In this document: positions 62,429 to 64,000 of the stretch, one piece after another
Numbering within the stretch: position 1 is the first letter of the stretch
How the letters are laid out: each line of letters begins with the position of its first letter
From: Zancudomyces culisetae HAW-14-8
Taxonomy: Eukaryota; Fungi; Kickxellomycota
Length of the DNA stretch: 64,000 nt
Direction of reading: 5' to 3'
Assembly: GCA_052426225.1 (NCBI GenBank)
Contig: JBNJNM010000014.1
Coordinates: 434,001-498,000 of the forward strand
Notes under the pieces: model-generated
The model's input: the letters and a program-made list of their open reading frames with translations, nothing else
The model's database searches: none
Told to the model about the DNA's origin: nothing
Position numbers and translations under genes: made by a program

Positions 62429-64000
62429 CATTTTTACCAATTCCAAAATTGGCGTGATGTAATCCAGAATGATGATTAGATGGTCAAAAAGGACAAATAA
62501 ATTTCAAAAATTCTCTAATGTAAAAGACTATTTGAAGGACGGAGAGGGTGTGAGGAAGGGGGAATAAGTGGGAGGGGAGAGGGTGAAATGATGTTTGTTG
62601 TAAAATCGATAACGCAAAATTATGAGAATAGCAGGAAAGGGTGGGGGGGATTGTGTGTGCGACTGAGCATGAGTATTGGAGAAGGGTTAAGGGATGTGGC
62701 AAATCAACGTTTTCGACAAGTTCTTAATTTGTAATTATTTTATGGCCAATAAACTATGGCAGAAAATTTTTATTTAGTATTTATCCTAGTGGCTGTGAAA
62801 AAACAAAATAAAAACGAATAATATAAAATAAAATGGGATATTTATTTGGCAAAGAACTTACTGGTGTTAGCCAAGGTTATAGTGGTAATATTCTTTTTGC
62901 ATATTGCGGGATTAATGGCGGGAAAAAAAAAGCCCGTAGAAATATGTGCAATATAGGAAAAAGCGGGAGCAAATGAACGTAAATGGACGTAAATGAACAT
63001 AATTGACTTTACAAAGAGTATATGGGAATGGAAAGTTAAACCCAGTTGGCCAAAGAGCTACATAATGGATCGGTGAGTAAAAGGCATTTCTGGAGGCGAG
63101 AGGAGAAGGGGCGGGGAGGAAATCAGGAGGACGGAGGAGGATGTGGGTGTGAAAGGTAGGGAGTTCCGTAATTAGCGGAAATAAGTATCACGTTCTAGAA
63201 TCTCATCTTCCCCTTCCCTCGCCTTTCGTTTCTCCCCCTCAAGTTTTCTTTGTTCCCACTTTGTCCCCCTGTCCCTTTCCGCTCTCCCCCCCTAAAAAAC
63301 AACAATTTAACGCAAGAATATTCATAATTGAAATTACCAAGCAAAGGGGAAAAGAAAATTAAAAAAATTTTTTTTTCATTTGCTTGGTAAATTTGTGTTG
63401 GTGGCATGAGATAAGAATGATTTTCTCGTGAACGAGTAAAAAAAAAAATAAAAATAAAGGAAAACAGAAGAAGAGAGATATGGAAATATATGTAGAATCG
63501 ACTAAGTATATCAAGTTTTGCCAGTTTTTCTTTTTTTATCACTTTTCTTTCTTTTATGTTTGATGTTTAAAACAAAAGCACAAGGTGAGATATGATCAAG
63601 TTCCGCAATAAAAGCAAAGTATTATTATTATTAAAATTATTATCATGATAAATAGCGCTTTTTTTTGTAACAGGTTAAAAAAGAAAACGTAAAAGTAAAA
63701 CGTAAAAATGTAAAAATGTATAAAAAAAAGATAGAGAATGCTTTGTTGTTTACATTCACGTGAAAAACGAGCTGTTACCGTGTTTTTTTATTTTAGGTAA
63801 ATGTGATTTTATAATTATTTGTAAAATTATACTAGTTGCTTGTTATTAGTCATGTAAAAAAAATAAAATAAAAAGATTAAATAGAAGGGGAAAAAAAACC
63901 AGTGTGAAATTAAAAAAAAAATCAAAAAAAAAATTTTACACGGTAGATTGTGAGCGTGGTTCATTATATTGTTTTTATTATTACTATTATTATACTGTTA

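Noticed and set aside
62480-63550. Purine/G-rich tracts and ORFs 62484-62702 and 63195-63542
   Set aside because: Low-complexity promoter-like DNA whose translations lack protein-like composition.
1-64000. Transposons, CRISPR arrays, rRNA genes
   Set aside because: No transposase or reverse transcriptase motifs, terminal repeats, repeat-spacer arrays or rRNA signatures were seen.

Overview
AT-rich eukaryotic (fungal) nuclear DNA with short spliceosomal introns. The gene set and style suggest an early-diverging fungus, plausibly a Harpellales insect-gut symbiont; this is inference, not shown by the sequence. Hand-splicing gives about 20 protein genes: CDC12-like septin (runs off the left edge), a MATA-type HMG-box factor, a two-RRM/RGG protein, an AFI1/MesA-like protein, EFM7/NNT1, PP1 (GLC7), RSM19, a 9-exon NOSIP, two beta-carbonic anhydrases each divergently paired with a zinc-ribbon gene, a 7-exon HAUS8/augmin-like gene, separase, two orphan ORFs, SNF7, COQ1, ATP19, an F-box-like/ankyrin gene and its truncated paralogue. 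The most interesting feature is an apparent tandem duplication of a beta-CA/zinc-ribbon cassette. One CA looks cytosolic (3 introns, one GC-AG). The other is intronless, with a signal peptide, a dibasic propeptide site and five N-glycosylation sequons, so it is a candidate secreted beta-CA. Also notable are the HAUS8-like gene that the ORF track captures only in fragments, a candidate H/ACA-like RNA in the ATP19 intron, and a perfect (GTATCA)31 array. Family assignments come from remembered motifs, not database searches.
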